A DNA stretch of 64,000 nucleotides from NCBI GenBank assembly GCA_041665365.1, contig JBAYIY010000005.1:5946-69945 (forward strand). The letters run 5' to 3'. The DNA comes from Patescibacteria group bacterium (GTDB lineage: Bacteria > Patescibacteriota > Patescibacteriia > UBA9570). A program made the translations under genes and the position numbers. Each line of letters starts with the position of its first letter. Position 1 is the stretch's first letter. Below are positions 1 through 9,800 of this stretch, piece after piece. The notes beneath the pieces are model-generated. The model ran no database searches. It worked only from the letters and a program-made list of their open reading frames with translations, and was not told where the DNA came from.

Positions 1-1
1 T

Positions 2-79
2 GGAGAATCTCAAGGCACTGCAGTGCAAGCCGAGCTGGGTAGAATTGAACGCTGGATTAGTTATGCCGAAATGCTATAA
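2..79 (+). CDS. Possible 3' end of a CDS entering from outside the window
   Basis: Frame is open from the window edge (GESQGTAVQAELGRIERWISYAEML) to TAA at 77-79; too short to identify. Confidence 0.35.
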   Translation, partial: GESQGTAVQAELGRIERWISYAEML

Positions 80-118
80 TGATGATCGCTTATCATTCAA
101 CTAACCCGTAAACAATCT

Positions 119-1021
119 ATGTCGAGTTTACCACAACCTCCAACCAAATCTTGGTACAAACGCTGGTGGATCTGGCTGTTAATAATTGTTGTCCTGCTCG
201 CTGTTGCCGGTGTAATTGTACAACAAGTGCGCAGCTCAATAAGCTCAAGCAGTACAACCGCTGAACAAACCGTTATAGCAGAGCGCCGTGACTTAGCTAA
301 AACTATCGTGACCACTGGCAAAATTGCCCCAGAACACAGTGAAGCGTTATCTTTTAGTTTTGGTGGTAGTATCAAAGAATTAAACGTTGCGGTTGGCGAT
401 GAAGTAAGTAAAGATGATGTTTTGGCTAAAACTTCAAACCAAAGTTTGAAAGCGCCGTTTGATGGTCGAGTTATTTCTGTCAGTACCTTTGTTGGCTCCA
501 CTGCTACGCCTGGTATTCCAGTGATGGAAATTGGTTATCGCACAAACTTTATTGATTTTATCGCTTCCGAATCGGAGGTATTTGATATCACTACTGGTCA
601 AACAGCTGAACTAACTATCCCTACTTACAACACTGGTTCAACGGTTTACCATGGTACTGTTGAAACGGTGAGTTCTAAAAAAGTCATGTTAAGTGCTACT
701 GAAAACGGTTATCTGGTTCGTATTCGTCCAACTGATCTACCGGACACTGTGAACAATCGAATTGATTTAACGGTTAATGTTAAAGTTCTGATTGCCGAAA
801 AAACAAATGTTTTGTCGGTCGAACGCGCGGCGATTCAATATGACAGCGTTGATCGACCGTTTGTTTGGACGCCAAATTCAGTGACGCCAACCGAACCGAT
901 CGTACAAAACATAGTTACTGATTTTGAAGGAGATGATTATATCGAAATTACATCTGGTATTAAAGCGGGTGATACTATTTTGCTCAATATTCCTAAAGCG
1001 TCGACCAATTCAATTTTCTAA
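119..1021 (+). CDS. MacA/YknX-like membrane fusion (adaptor) protein
   Basis: N-terminal TM helix; barrel-sandwich motifs V.VGD.V.KDDVLA and LKAPFDGRV; C-terminal IEITSGIKAGDTI; first gene of an ABC exporter operon. Confidence 0.85.
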   Translation: MSSLPQPPTKSWYKRWWIWLLIIVVLLAVAGVIVQQVRSSISSSSTTAEQTVIAERRDLAKTIVTTGKIAPEHSEALSFSFGGSIKELNVAVGDEVSKDDVLAKTSNQSLKAPFDGRVISVSTFVGSTATPGIPVMEIGYRTNFIDFIASESEVFDITTGQTAELTIPTYNTGSTVYHGTVETVSSKKVMLSATENGYLVRIRPTDLPDTVNNRIDLTVNVKVLIAEKTNVLSVERAAIQYDSVDRPFVWTPNSVTPTEPIVQNIVTDFEGDDYIEITSGIKAGDTILLNIPKASTNSIF

Positions 1022-1701
1022 TGAAACCATCCGGCACGCCAGTTATTAAAGTGGTTAATTTGGTAAAAACTTACTGGAGTGGCAGTGTAGCCGTAGAGGC
1101 CTTACGCGGTATTGACTTGGAAGTACCAGAGGGTGATTTCTTAGCCTTAATGGGTCCATCTGGTTCGGGTAAATCTACTTTAATGAACGTACTGGCTTTC
1201 TTGGATGCTCCCACGAGCGGTGAATATTGGTTTGCGGGCACTAATATCACCTCGTTTGATGATAACTACCGCGCCGAATTACGTAATGCAGTGTTGGGAT
1301 TTGTGTTTCAACAATTTCATCTCCTGGCTCGTACCACCGCACTGGATAATGTCGCCCTTCCCCTACTCTATGCCGGTGTAAAAAAATCCAAGGCGCGTGA
1401 ACGCGCATACGCAATGTTAAAAAAAGTTGGTTTAGCCCATCGCATTTATCACCGCCCGAATGAACTATCCGGTGGTCAACAACAACGTGTTTCTATAGCT
1501 CGAGCTTTAGTTAATAATCCAACAGTGTTGTTTTGTGATGAACCAACCGGTAATTTAGATTCAAAGACATCTAACGAAATCATGGAATTAATTGGTACCT
1601 TACATAAAGAAGGTAAAACCATTGTCATGGTCACCCACGAAGAAGAAGTGGCTGCTTTTGCGGCTAGAAAGATTATTTTACGCGATGGTAAAATTATATA
1701 G
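1021..1701 (+). CDS. ABC transporter ATP-binding protein, MacB/LolD family
   Basis: Walker A GPSGSGKST, signature LSGGQQQRV, Walker B region DEPTGNLD, H-loop VTHE. Confidence 0.95.
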   Translation: MKPSGTPVIKVVNLVKTYWSGSVAVEALRGIDLEVPEGDFLALMGPSGSGKSTLMNVLAFLDAPTSGEYWFAGTNITSFDDNYRAELRNAVLGFVFQQFHLLARTTALDNVALPLLYAGVKKSKARERAYAMLKKVGLAHRIYHRPNELSGGQQQRVSIARALVNNPTVLFCDEPTGNLDSKTSNEIMELIGTLHKEGKTIVMVTHEEEVAAFAARKIILRDGKII

Positions 1702-1704
1702 ACT

Positions 1705-2949
1705 ATGATGCTTATTACTCACGTTCAAACTGCACTACGCCAATTACTCTCCAACAAAGCCAAATCAGCTTTAACCATGTTGGGTATTATTATCGGAATC
1801 GGTTCAGTTATTTTAATTATGACCTTAGGTGAAATTGCCAAACAGTTTTTGTTGGGTCAGATTTCTCAATTTGGTACCAATGTGATAGAAGTTGCCTCCA
1901 CTGGTTCGTTCGGTCCTTTCAAAGAAGAAGAACCAATCACTTTTAGTTTGCAAGATGCCGAAGCCCTCGAGCGTTCCAGTTTATTATCTGATATGGAAGC
2001 GATCTCAGCGGCTTATACTTCAGCTGGTACCTTAGAATACGACAGTAAAAAATATCAGATCATGATTTGGGGAGACAAGCCAGCTGTATTTACCATAAAC
2101 AAACTGGATGTTTTAGCGGGTAGAACTTTCACTGATGCTGAAGTAAATCGTAGTGATCGAGTGATTGTATTATCGCAAAAATTTGCTGAAGATGTGTTTG
2201 ATACATCGGCTAATGCTATTGGTAAAACAGTAACGGTGTCGGGTCGCGCCTTTACGGTTTTAGGTGTCGTTAATGATCCCCCCATGAGTGGTGGACCTTT
2301 TGGCGGTAGCTATACATATTTTCCTATCACCACCACTTATGCATATTTAGCCCCAGCGGCCGATAATAATAAAGTGATTTTTTTAATGATTTCTACCAAA
2401 CCAGAAACTGACACTGAACTATTTAAAGATCGCCTCTCATTTGAACTAAAAAGAATTAAACATTTAGACGATGCCCAGATGGAAGGTATTAGCGTGGCCA
2501 GTCGTGAACAAATGCTCAGTATTTTTAACAATGTGTTGCTTGGTATCCAAATGTTTGTCGCCGCTATCGCAGGCATCTCACTGTTTGTTGGTGGTATTGG
2601 GATTATGAATATCATGTTAGTGACAGTTAAGGAACGCACCAAAGAAATTGGTTTACGTAAGGCCGTGGGTGCCAAAAATAGTTCAATACTGATTCAATTC
2701 TTAATTGAAGCGGCTGTGTTAACCACGGTGGGTGGTTTGATTGGTATTGGTAGTGCCTTAGGTTTAGCTAACCTGGCTGTATTTGTGGTTAATATTGTGC
2801 AACCCACTTGGGCTATTCATTTTGTACTGGTGCCATCAGCTATTATTTTAGCCTGTGCTGTATCTATGAGTACCGGATTCATTTTTGGCCTGTATCCAGC
2901 GATGAAAGCCGCTAAATTACACCCTATCGAGGCACTCAGGTATGAGTAA
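1705..2949 (+). CDS. ABC transporter permease, MacB/FtsX-type
   Basis: LTMLGIIIGIGSV, GGIGIMNIMLVTVKERTKEIGLRKAVGA, C-terminal PIEALRYE. Confidence 0.95.
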   Translation: MMLITHVQTALRQLLSNKAKSALTMLGIIIGIGSVILIMTLGEIAKQFLLGQISQFGTNVIEVASTGSFGPFKEEEPITFSLQDAEALERSSLLSDMEAISAAYTSAGTLEYDSKKYQIMIWGDKPAVFTINKLDVLAGRTFTDAEVNRSDRVIVLSQKFAEDVFDTSANAIGKTVTVSGRAFTVLGVVNDPPMSGGPFGGSYTYFPITTTYAYLAPAADNNKVIFLMISTKPETDTELFKDRLSFELKRIKHLDDAQMEGISVASREQMLSIFNNVLLGIQMFVAAIAGISLFVGGIGIMNIMLVTVKERTKEIGLRKAVGAKNSSILIQFLIEAAVLTTVGGLIGIGSALGLANLAVFVVNIVQPTWAIHFVLVPSAIILACAVSMSTGFIFGLYPAMKAAKLHPIEALRYE

Positions 2950-3439
2950 AATATACACCAAAACAGGAGATAAAGGCACGTCGGGGTTGTTTGGGGGTGA
3001 ACGAGTAAAAAAAAATCATCCAAGATTAGAGGCGTATGGCACATTAGATGAATTAAACAGCCATGTGGGTTTAATTGTGGCTTTACTCCCCGCTCAGCAA
3101 ACTCAATTACAAACTATTCAAAAAACCATTCAAAATATTGCGTCACACCTGGCCCTCGCTCCCTTACCTCAATTGTCACCTGATTTAATTACTGATCTGG
3201 AAAAATCTATTGATAAAATGACATCTACTCTACCTGAACTGCACGAATTCATCCTACCGGGTGGAAATATCATTTCTAGCCAAATTCACATTGCCAGAAC
3301 AGTCTGTCGCCGGGCAGAAAGAAATATTATTACCTTGGCTGAAACAGACACAATTGATCCGTTAATTATTCAATATATAAATAGATTATCAGATTGGTTA
3401 TTTACCCTAGCCCGTTATGTCCAATACAATAGCCACTAA
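2942..3439 (+). CDS. pduO: PduO-type ATP:cob(I)alamin adenosyltransferase
   Basis: KIYTKTGDKGTS, YGTLDELNS, FILPGG, ARTVCRRAER, YINRLSDWLF. Confidence 0.93.
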   Translation: MSKIYTKTGDKGTSGLFGGERVKKNHPRLEAYGTLDELNSHVGLIVALLPAQQTQLQTIQKTIQNIASHLALAPLPQLSPDLITDLEKSIDKMTSTLPELHEFILPGGNIISSQIHIARTVCRRAERNIITLAETDTIDPLIIQYINRLSDWLFTLARYVQYNSH

Positions 3440-4412
3440 AACCAAAGTCCAACCACAACTCCAATTACAGACGACTGGTTTAGTGTTAGGTTTAGATGTG
3501 GGTGCTACAAAAACCACTGCAGCCATCGGTGATAGTAAACGAATTTATAGTCAGGGCGAAAATGGCCCGGGTAACATTCATGATAATACACCAAATGACA
3601 TTATAACTCATTTACGTTCTGCCACAGACCAAGCTGTTAAACAACTGCACCTCGCGCAACTTCCGCAATTTCGCGCGATCGTAGTGGGTATGGCCGGCAT
3701 CGATTCACCGCACGATCAATCGTTAGCGGAAAAATTAGTTATACAAGCTTTGAAAACCTGGTTGGCACCGCACTGCCAATTACAAGTCATGAATGATATT
3801 CATATCGTTAGAAGTAGTGGGAGCGATGATCCGTACGGTATGGCTTTAATTGCCGGTACTGGCTCGCATTGTTTTGGTATAAATCATAAAGGTGAATTGG
3901 CTCATGCTGGAGGTTTAGAATATATATTATCTGATGAAGGGAGTGCTTATGAAATGGGTCTCAAGGCCTTACGCGCCGCGATTCGTAGTGGTGATGGCCG
4001 AATTAAACCAACTGGCCTAGAAAAGGCTGTTCTTAAACATTTCAAAGTAGGTACAATCAGATCACTGGAACCGGTTGTTTATCATGGAACCGGTTTAAGA
4101 AAAACCGACATTGCGCAGTTAGCCAAACTAGTTGACGCTCAAGCTAAAAAAGGTGATTGGCGCGCTTTAGAAATTATTGACGAAACCATGGCTGAACTGG
4201 TTTTATTAGTCTCGGCTGTTGTGCAGCGTCTTAAACTGCAGGCTGTCCCATTTGATTTAGTTGTAGTCGGCGGTGTCTTTAATATCAGTGCGCTACCATT
4301 CTTAGATACATTCAAAAAGAAGATTAAACCAATCTGTCCACGAGCCGAAGTGATACAACCGAAATACCCACCGGTATATGGCGCTGTGCGTTTAGCGGCC
4401 GCTATGGTTTAA
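3417..4412 (+). CDS. BadF/BadG/BcrA/BcrD-family sugar kinase (GlcNAc/MurNAc kinase-like)
   Basis: GLDVGATKT, GMAGID, LIAGTGS, LSDEGSAY motifs. Confidence 0.85.
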   Translation: MSNTIATKTKVQPQLQLQTTGLVLGLDVGATKTTAAIGDSKRIYSQGENGPGNIHDNTPNDIITHLRSATDQAVKQLHLAQLPQFRAIVVGMAGIDSPHDQSLAEKLVIQALKTWLAPHCQLQVMNDIHIVRSSGSDDPYGMALIAGTGSHCFGINHKGELAHAGGLEYILSDEGSAYEMGLKALRAAIRSGDGRIKPTGLEKAVLKHFKVGTIRSLEPVVYHGTGLRKTDIAQLAKLVDAQAKKGDWRALEIIDETMAELVLLVSAVVQRLKLQAVPFDLVVVGGVFNISALPFLDTFKKKIKPICPRAEVIQPKYPPVYGAVRLAAAMV

Positions 4413-4578
4413 CAATACAATAGTGGGTTTCGTCATTATGGTAAATGACACCACACTTATCACATTGATTCATTTCCACTAACGCCCTACCGTGTTGTTC
4501 GCAGGCATCAGCCTGACAATTACCTGGTTCACCGGCTTGCCCATGGCAAGACCCAGCACAGACATAAACTTGAGACAT
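4402..4578 (-). CDS. Small Cys/His-rich putative metal-binding protein (58 aa; not in the ORF track)
   Basis: Hand translation: MSQVYVCAGSCHGQAGEPGNCQADACEQHGRALVEMNQCDKCGVIYHNDETHYCIVKP. GGAGG lies 7 nt upstream and it has its own sigma70-like promoter. Confidence 0.8.
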   Translation of the reverse strand: MSQVYVCAGSCHGQAGEPGNCQADACEQHGRALVEMNQCDKCGVIYHNDETHYCIVKP

Positions 4579-4616
4579 AACCTTTCCTCCAGGTTAATAA
4601 TAAATTTACTGGCGGT

Positions 4617-4645
4617 AGTATACAAGTCATGGTCATCTTGTGCAA
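4617..4645 (-). promoter_or_regulatory. sigma70-type promoter for the small Cys-rich ORF
   Basis: TTGCAC-17 bp-TATACT on the minus strand. Confidence 0.6.
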
Positions 4646-5701
4646 CTATTTTTGTAATCTATTCAATCCCCATTCAGCATGTTCCCTAATTAAAGGATCA
4701 TTATCATGGACTAACCACTCTAAGGTTTTAATATGCCCTGTGTGACCAGAATTACCTAGAGCCACGGCCACATTGCGTAATAAACCGGATCGTTTCACAC
4801 GCATAATCGGCGTTCCTTTAAACCGTTCCAAAAAAGTTGCTTCAGTTAATTGAGCCAAGTCTGTTAAATATGGTGCCTGCCGCTCTAACGCTGCATCAAA
4901 CCAGTCATTCTGAGTCTGTTTAGCCTGCTCGGTTCCATTCCACGGACAGACTTCCTGGCAGATATCACAACCATAAATGTTATTTTTCAATAACGGCCTA
5001 AATTGTTCTGGAATACTAGTTTTACTTTCAATGGTTAAATAAGACAAACACCGTCTGGCATCTATGACTTTATTTTTTACAATGGCCTGAGTTGGACAAT
5101 TTGCCAAGCAAGTATGACAGGTTCGGCAACCACCAGTTTTTTTATAAATAACTGGTGCTAAATTCTTATTCACAATAATCTCACAAATAAATAAATATGA
5201 GCCATACAGCGAATTTATTAACATTGAGTTATTACCGATAAAACCCAGTCCAGCGCGTTCGGCTAAGTCTCGTTCTAAAATTGGCCCAGTATCAACATAA
5301 GCGCGTGCTGAGACTGTATCCCCTAATTGTTCTTCTAAATATTTAATTAACACTAATAATTTTTTCTTGATGACTTTATGGTAATCTTTACCCCAAGTAT
5401 ACCGCGCAAATATCCCGCGCCTCGGATCATTTTTGATCGCATCTGGCAGATCACTAGTTCGATACGTATAAACCAGTGTAATGACAGATTGACCAGTCGG
5501 CAAAATATTACGAATATCAGCCCGTTTCTCTTTTCGTTGATTAGTTTCTAACCAGTTCATGTCAGCTTGATAGCGATGATCTAACCATTCACTAAATTGT
5601 GGAAAAGTCTGCGCTGGTTCAGTCGGTATTATACCCACTCGTAGAAACCCCAAGTGAGTTTGAGCCCAGTGGACAAGTTGCGCACTAAAATCTGGTGTCA
5701 T
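4646..5701 (-). CDS. queG: tRNA epoxyqueuosine(34) reductase
   Basis: ARYTWGKDYH, YVDTGPILERDLAERAGLGFIG, CxxCxxCxxxCP, IDARRCLSY, YGCDICQEVCPWN, RNVAVALGN. Confidence 0.95.
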   Translation of the reverse strand: MTPDFSAQLVHWAQTHLGFLRVGIIPTEPAQTFPQFSEWLDHRYQADMNWLETNQRKEKRADIRNILPTGQSVITLVYTYRTSDLPDAIKNDPRRGIFARYTWGKDYHKVIKKKLLVLIKYLEEQLGDTVSARAYVDTGPILERDLAERAGLGFIGNNSMLINSLYGSYLFICEIIVNKNLAPVIYKKTGGCRTCHTCLANCPTQAIVKNKVIDARRCLSYLTIESKTSIPEQFRPLLKNNIYGCDICQEVCPWNGTEQAKQTQNDWFDAALERQAPYLTDLAQLTEATFLERFKGTPIMRVKRSGLLRNVAVALGNSGHTGHIKTLEWLVHDNDPLIREHAEWGLNRLQK

Positions 5702-5717
5702 GTGGTAAAATATATTT

Positions 5718-6476
5718 ATGAGAACCGATTGGAATAAAGTATCTATCTGGTATGGTAAACATCTGCAAAAACCAGATACTTACCAACATAGTTTAATTTT
5801 CCCCAAAACACTGCACTTATTACAACCACAACCAGATAAACATTACCTAGATATTGCCTGTGGTGAAGGGGCGTTGGCCGAGCATATCATAAAAACCAAA
5901 AATACTCACGTCACCGGGGTAGATCTTGCCCCAAATTTAATCGCTCAGGCTAACAAAAAACAGTTACGTAACTGCCACTTTATAGTAGGTGATGCCACTA
6001 ATTTTCCCAAACAAATTCTTGAACACCAGTTTGATGGCGCCACTTGTATTTTAGCTTTACAAAATATCGCAGATATCACACCGATTTTCAAAGCCACCGC
6101 TAAAGTTCTAAAACCAAACTCCCCTTTGATTATTGTCTTAAACCATCCTTGTTTTCGTCCACCGCAACAAAGCGGCTGGGGGTTTGATGAACCACGTAAA
6201 CTCCAGTATCGCCGGATTGATACGTATATGAGTAGTTATCATGTGAACTTGACGGCCCATCCCGGTAAAAAAACCACTGTGAGTACAGTATCATTTCATC
6301 GCCCGTTACAAGATTACATAAATGGTTTAGGAGTCGCTGGTTTTATGATTGATCGCCTCGAAGAATGGACCTCCAATCGTGCCAGTCAACCGGGTGGTCG
6401 TGCCAAAGCCGAAAATCGATCCCGCCAGGAGTTTCCGTTGTTTATGGCGATTAGAGCTTATGTCACCTCTTTCTGA
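5718..6476 (+). CDS. Class I SAM-dependent methyltransferase
   Basis: LDIACGEG motif I, GVDLA, GDA, NHPCF, FHRPL. Confidence 0.9.
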   Translation: MRTDWNKVSIWYGKHLQKPDTYQHSLIFPKTLHLLQPQPDKHYLDIACGEGALAEHIIKTKNTHVTGVDLAPNLIAQANKKQLRNCHFIVGDATNFPKQILEHQFDGATCILALQNIADITPIFKATAKVLKPNSPLIIVLNHPCFRPPQQSGWGFDEPRKLQYRRIDTYMSSYHVNLTAHPGKKTTVSTVSFHRPLQDYINGLGVAGFMIDRLEEWTSNRASQPGGRAKAENRSRQEFPLFMAIRAYVTSF

Positions 6477-8089
6477 TAACAACCTTCACAGTAAACTAAT
6501 TCTTTACGCTCCGGTGAATAGGTAGTAGAAAATTCTGTGCTGCACCGCCCGTGATGACTGTGATCAATTTGGGTGCACATACACTGCCGTTGCCACAGTT
6601 GTCGCGGATTGCGTAGCTGAAAGCGTTGTCGACGCCGTTCATCTGGACACAACTGTGGAATTGGTAAACCCATACGCTGATAAAAATCCAATTCGGCCTG
6701 CACAGTGCGATATGGTTTACCAGTCACGGCGCAAACTAAGGTGTTACTGTTTGTTACACTAGAGCCCGCTGCACTCGTATTTTCCCGCCACAACCAACCA
6801 TGATTACGTGTTTGCTCAGACGTTAATGGGTACCACATTTGCGCCATCGATTCATTATAAGCAAACGGTGACATTGTGATTGGAAAGAATTCACCCCATT
6901 CGCCGGTTTGCTTCATATGGGTAATCAACTTTTGCTGTAACTGTTTATAATCGGTTTCTGAGTAGGGTTTATTAAGAATGCAAAATTTTTCTTGCTTTAA
7001 CCCAACACACCCAAACAAATCATGGCCTTTTTCAATTTCGATACTATACACACAGTTAGTCGCCGACCACGCACCTATGGAAAATTTACAGTTATATGAT
7101 TGATACCCCAAACTACTACCTTCATAAGCTAATTCTATATCGGTAGTATGACAAACATCCATTAAATCTTTCACATGAAAACCAGTATACACATAAGCAC
7201 ACTGATCGATACCAGTTACATCGTAACACTGATAAGCAGCATGCGAATTAAAAATAAAATCACCCGATACTTGCTCGCTGCTGGCTTGCTCTAATGGCCG
7301 ATGAATAGCCTTGATCTTTAGTTCCTCAAATTTTGTTAACAATTCAGTCAGTTTACCCTGTCTTAATTTCTCCATAATCAGGCCCTTCTCTTGTGTATAT
7401 GCCTCCGGTGAATAATGTTTATTATAAATATAATATTGTTTATTTCTTAAATTGGTAGAGAATAAACAATCGGTGCAACCACGACAATCGAACAAAAACA
7501 AGCTATCGGTACAATGCTTACAATTTTGCGCAAACCACAAACGATAACATTTTTCCACATCAACTACCTCATAACAATCTTCACTTTCAATGCAATTCAA
7601 AGTATCCACACAACTAATCGATTTTATGATCTGACTAGAATACAAACAATCTTCATCGTAATCTCCGGCAAAGACCAAATAACAATCTTTGCAATGTCCG
7701 GTCATATTAACATAATTGGAATTCTCATTAGCAATGACTGTTAAAGCCATCTTTGGAACGGCTTTGAAAAGTTTATTCCATTGCGTAAAAAATGGCTGCG
7801 CGAAATCAATCTCTTGACCATAATCTAAAGCAGTCCATTGATCTGATAACCAACAATCGGAACAATATATTGTATAGACTGTTTCAGCTGGATAAATTGA
7901 GATTATTGGTTTATGACAAAGATCACACGGCCGATTAAACATCGTATGCTCATTCCGCCACGCCAAGCGCCGCTGTTGCCGACAATCTGGACACAAGGTT
8001 GGTGCTGGTACAGAAATCTTCTGATAAAAAACCTGATCGGAAGCTGTGATTTGAAAAGTTTTACTGCACTGTTGACATTGTTTGGTCAT
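6458..8089 (-). CDS. Cys-rich paralog 1 (zinc ribbons plus Cys-repeat cores)
   Basis: N-terminal CxxC..FY..P..CPxCR ribbon plus CxxC-x~17-CxxC; two C-x2-C/C-x5 repeat blocks ending LF(G/S)x(V/T)(G/N)L; same ribbon pair at the C-terminus; 34 Cys by hand count. Confidence 0.9.
   Translation of the reverse strand: MTKQCQQCSKTFQITASDQVFYQKISVPAPTLCPDCRQQRRLAWRNEHTMFNRPCDLCHKPIISIYPAETVYTIYCSDCWLSDQWTALDYGQEIDFAQPFFTQWNKLFKAVPKMALTVIANENSNYVNMTGHCKDCYLVFAGDYDEDCLYSSQIIKSISCVDTLNCIESEDCYEVVDVEKCYRLWFAQNCKHCTDSLFLFDCRGCTDCLFSTNLRNKQYYIYNKHYSPEAYTQEKGLIMEKLRQGKLTELLTKFEELKIKAIHRPLEQASSEQVSGDFIFNSHAAYQCYDVTGIDQCAYVYTGFHVKDLMDVCHTTDIELAYEGSSLGYQSYNCKFSIGAWSATNCVYSIEIEKGHDLFGCVGLKQEKFCILNKPYSETDYKQLQQKLITHMKQTGEWGEFFPITMSPFAYNESMAQMWYPLTSEQTRNHGWLWRENTSAAGSSVTNSNTLVCAVTGKPYRTVQAELDFYQRMGLPIPQLCPDERRRQRFQLRNPRQLWQRQCMCTQIDHSHHGRCSTEFSTTYSPERKELVYCEGCYQKEVT
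7948..8002. repeat. 55 bp exact repeat shared by paralogs 1 and 4
   Basis: GCTCATTCCGCCACGCCAAGCGCCGCTGTTGCCGACAATCTGGACACAAGGTTGG at 7948-8002 and 13739-13793. Confidence 0.9.
7967..8089. repeat. Near-identical 5' ends of paralogs 1 and 2
   Basis: First 123 nt of the two CDSs (7967-8089 vs 9649-9771) differ at 6 positions by hand alignment. Confidence 0.9.
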
Positions 8090-9771
8090 ACTGCTTCTTT
8101 TTGATAACAGTCTTCACAATAGAGAATCTCCTTACGGTCTGGCGAATAGGTTGTTTCAAAGTTCACGGCACAACGGCCTGCATGTTTATGGTCAATTTGT
8201 GTGCACATGCATTGACGCTGCCAGAGCTGGCGAGGATTACGTAAAAATCGACGTTGCAGATGACGACAGTAAAAACAAATATTTGGTAGTGGAATAATAC
8301 GCGCACGGTAATACTCTAGTTCATGGGTGGTAATCTTGTAGTTTTTGCGGCAATTTTGGCAGGCTAGAATTGCAGTCAATATATCATCATTCACTTCCTT
8401 AATATCATCCGGTAAAATGGTCATTGTTTCTTGTCCAACTGTACTAGGTAATTGCTCTTGCCAATGATAGCCCTGAGCTTGTGCCATAGATTGAGTTAGT
8501 GGGAACCACCATTGAGCAGAGGTTTCATTGTAGCCAAATGGACTGATCACCGCAGGAAAGTATTGTCCATATTCACCACGGTCTTGCATGGCCGTTATTA
8601 ACTTAGTACGTAATTCATAATATTCACTCGCCGCATATGACCGATTTAAAATGCAAAATTCTTTTTGTCTTAATGACACAGACCCAAAACAGTTTTTACA
8701 GCCAGATGAGCTGATACAGTATTCCATGTTACTGCTACCATCAAACACTTGGTGACAAAACTTAATGTTATAACAGTTACCCCCGACAATGGTGCAGTCA
8801 TAGATCAATTCGGCATTTAAACCATACTGATAGTAGTCATAACTATCTTTTACGTGCATGGATAACTGCGAACAGAATTTACTGTTCTCCACTTCTCGGC
8901 AATCATAACTAGCCAAGACATTTTTGCTTTGATAAATGTTATTACCGGTGCAATCTTCCGTCTTGTTGCTTTGTTGATATTTGTAAAACCTCGTCACTTG
9001 ATATTGATGTATTTTTTCCAACCAATACTGAACTTGGCTGTGCGAACCAAAATTTATGGCTTCGAGACGATGATTATACTCAACCTCAGTGAGCTGCTTA
9101 TTCAACCAATAATATTTTTGGTTACGTAAACCAACCGATCCAAAGCAATCATGACAACCCACACAATCCTTAAGCATGAAACTGTCCGAACAATTCAAAC
9201 AATCTTGCGACCACTTGAGATTATACGAATCATGACAATCTATACAGTTATAGCAAAGCTCACAGTTGAAATTATTATAACCATCCATGGTATCTTTGGA
9301 TTGTTTTAGGCCGTAAGTGTATAGACAGTTTTCGTTGAGGTCAGCATGAAAGATTAAGTAACAATTTTTATTATCACCGGCATAATTTGTATAATCGCTA
9401 TTTTCATTGTTTCCACCAACATCAGTCGCTTGATGTGGAATACATTGATCAAGTGCTTGCAATTGCGGAAAAAAAGGTTTAGTTAAATCAATCTCACTGC
9501 CATAGTCTAATGGATCCCACTTATCACTCCACCAACAAGCACGACAATATGAAACATAAGGCGAATTTGGTTTATAAATGGTCAGAATTTTTTTGTGACA
9601 CAATTGACACTCTCCTGGATATAAAATCATTTCATTACACCATGTCAGGCGCCGCTGTTGTCGGCAATCTGGACACAAGGTTGGTGCTGGTACAACAATC
9701 TTCTGATAAAAAGCCTGATCGGAATCTGTGATTTGAAAAGTTTTACTGCACTGTTGACATTGTTTGGTCAT
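8086..9771 (-). CDS. Cys-rich paralog 2
   Basis: Same architecture as paralog 1; ATGA overlap with the paralog 1 start. Confidence 0.9.
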   Translation of the reverse strand: MTKQCQQCSKTFQITDSDQAFYQKIVVPAPTLCPDCRQQRRLTWCNEMILYPGECQLCHKKILTIYKPNSPYVSYCRACWWSDKWDPLDYGSEIDLTKPFFPQLQALDQCIPHQATDVGGNNENSDYTNYAGDNKNCYLIFHADLNENCLYTYGLKQSKDTMDGYNNFNCELCYNCIDCHDSYNLKWSQDCLNCSDSFMLKDCVGCHDCFGSVGLRNQKYYWLNKQLTEVEYNHRLEAINFGSHSQVQYWLEKIHQYQVTRFYKYQQSNKTEDCTGNNIYQSKNVLASYDCREVENSKFCSQLSMHVKDSYDYYQYGLNAELIYDCTIVGGNCYNIKFCHQVFDGSSNMEYCISSSGCKNCFGSVSLRQKEFCILNRSYAASEYYELRTKLITAMQDRGEYGQYFPAVISPFGYNETSAQWWFPLTQSMAQAQGYHWQEQLPSTVGQETMTILPDDIKEVNDDILTAILACQNCRKNYKITTHELEYYRARIIPLPNICFYCRHLQRRFLRNPRQLWQRQCMCTQIDHKHAGRCAVNFETTYSPDRKEILYCEDCYQKEAV

Positions 9772-9800
9772 ACTTCGATAAACTCAGTATAAATAAACTC

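Noticed and set aside
2900-2945. Cobalamin riboswitch upstream of pduO
   Set aside because: pduO overlaps the upstream permease, so there is no leader region
4492-4689. 65 aa + strand ORF
   Set aside because: The minus-strand Cys-rich ORF with RBS and promoter explains the region better
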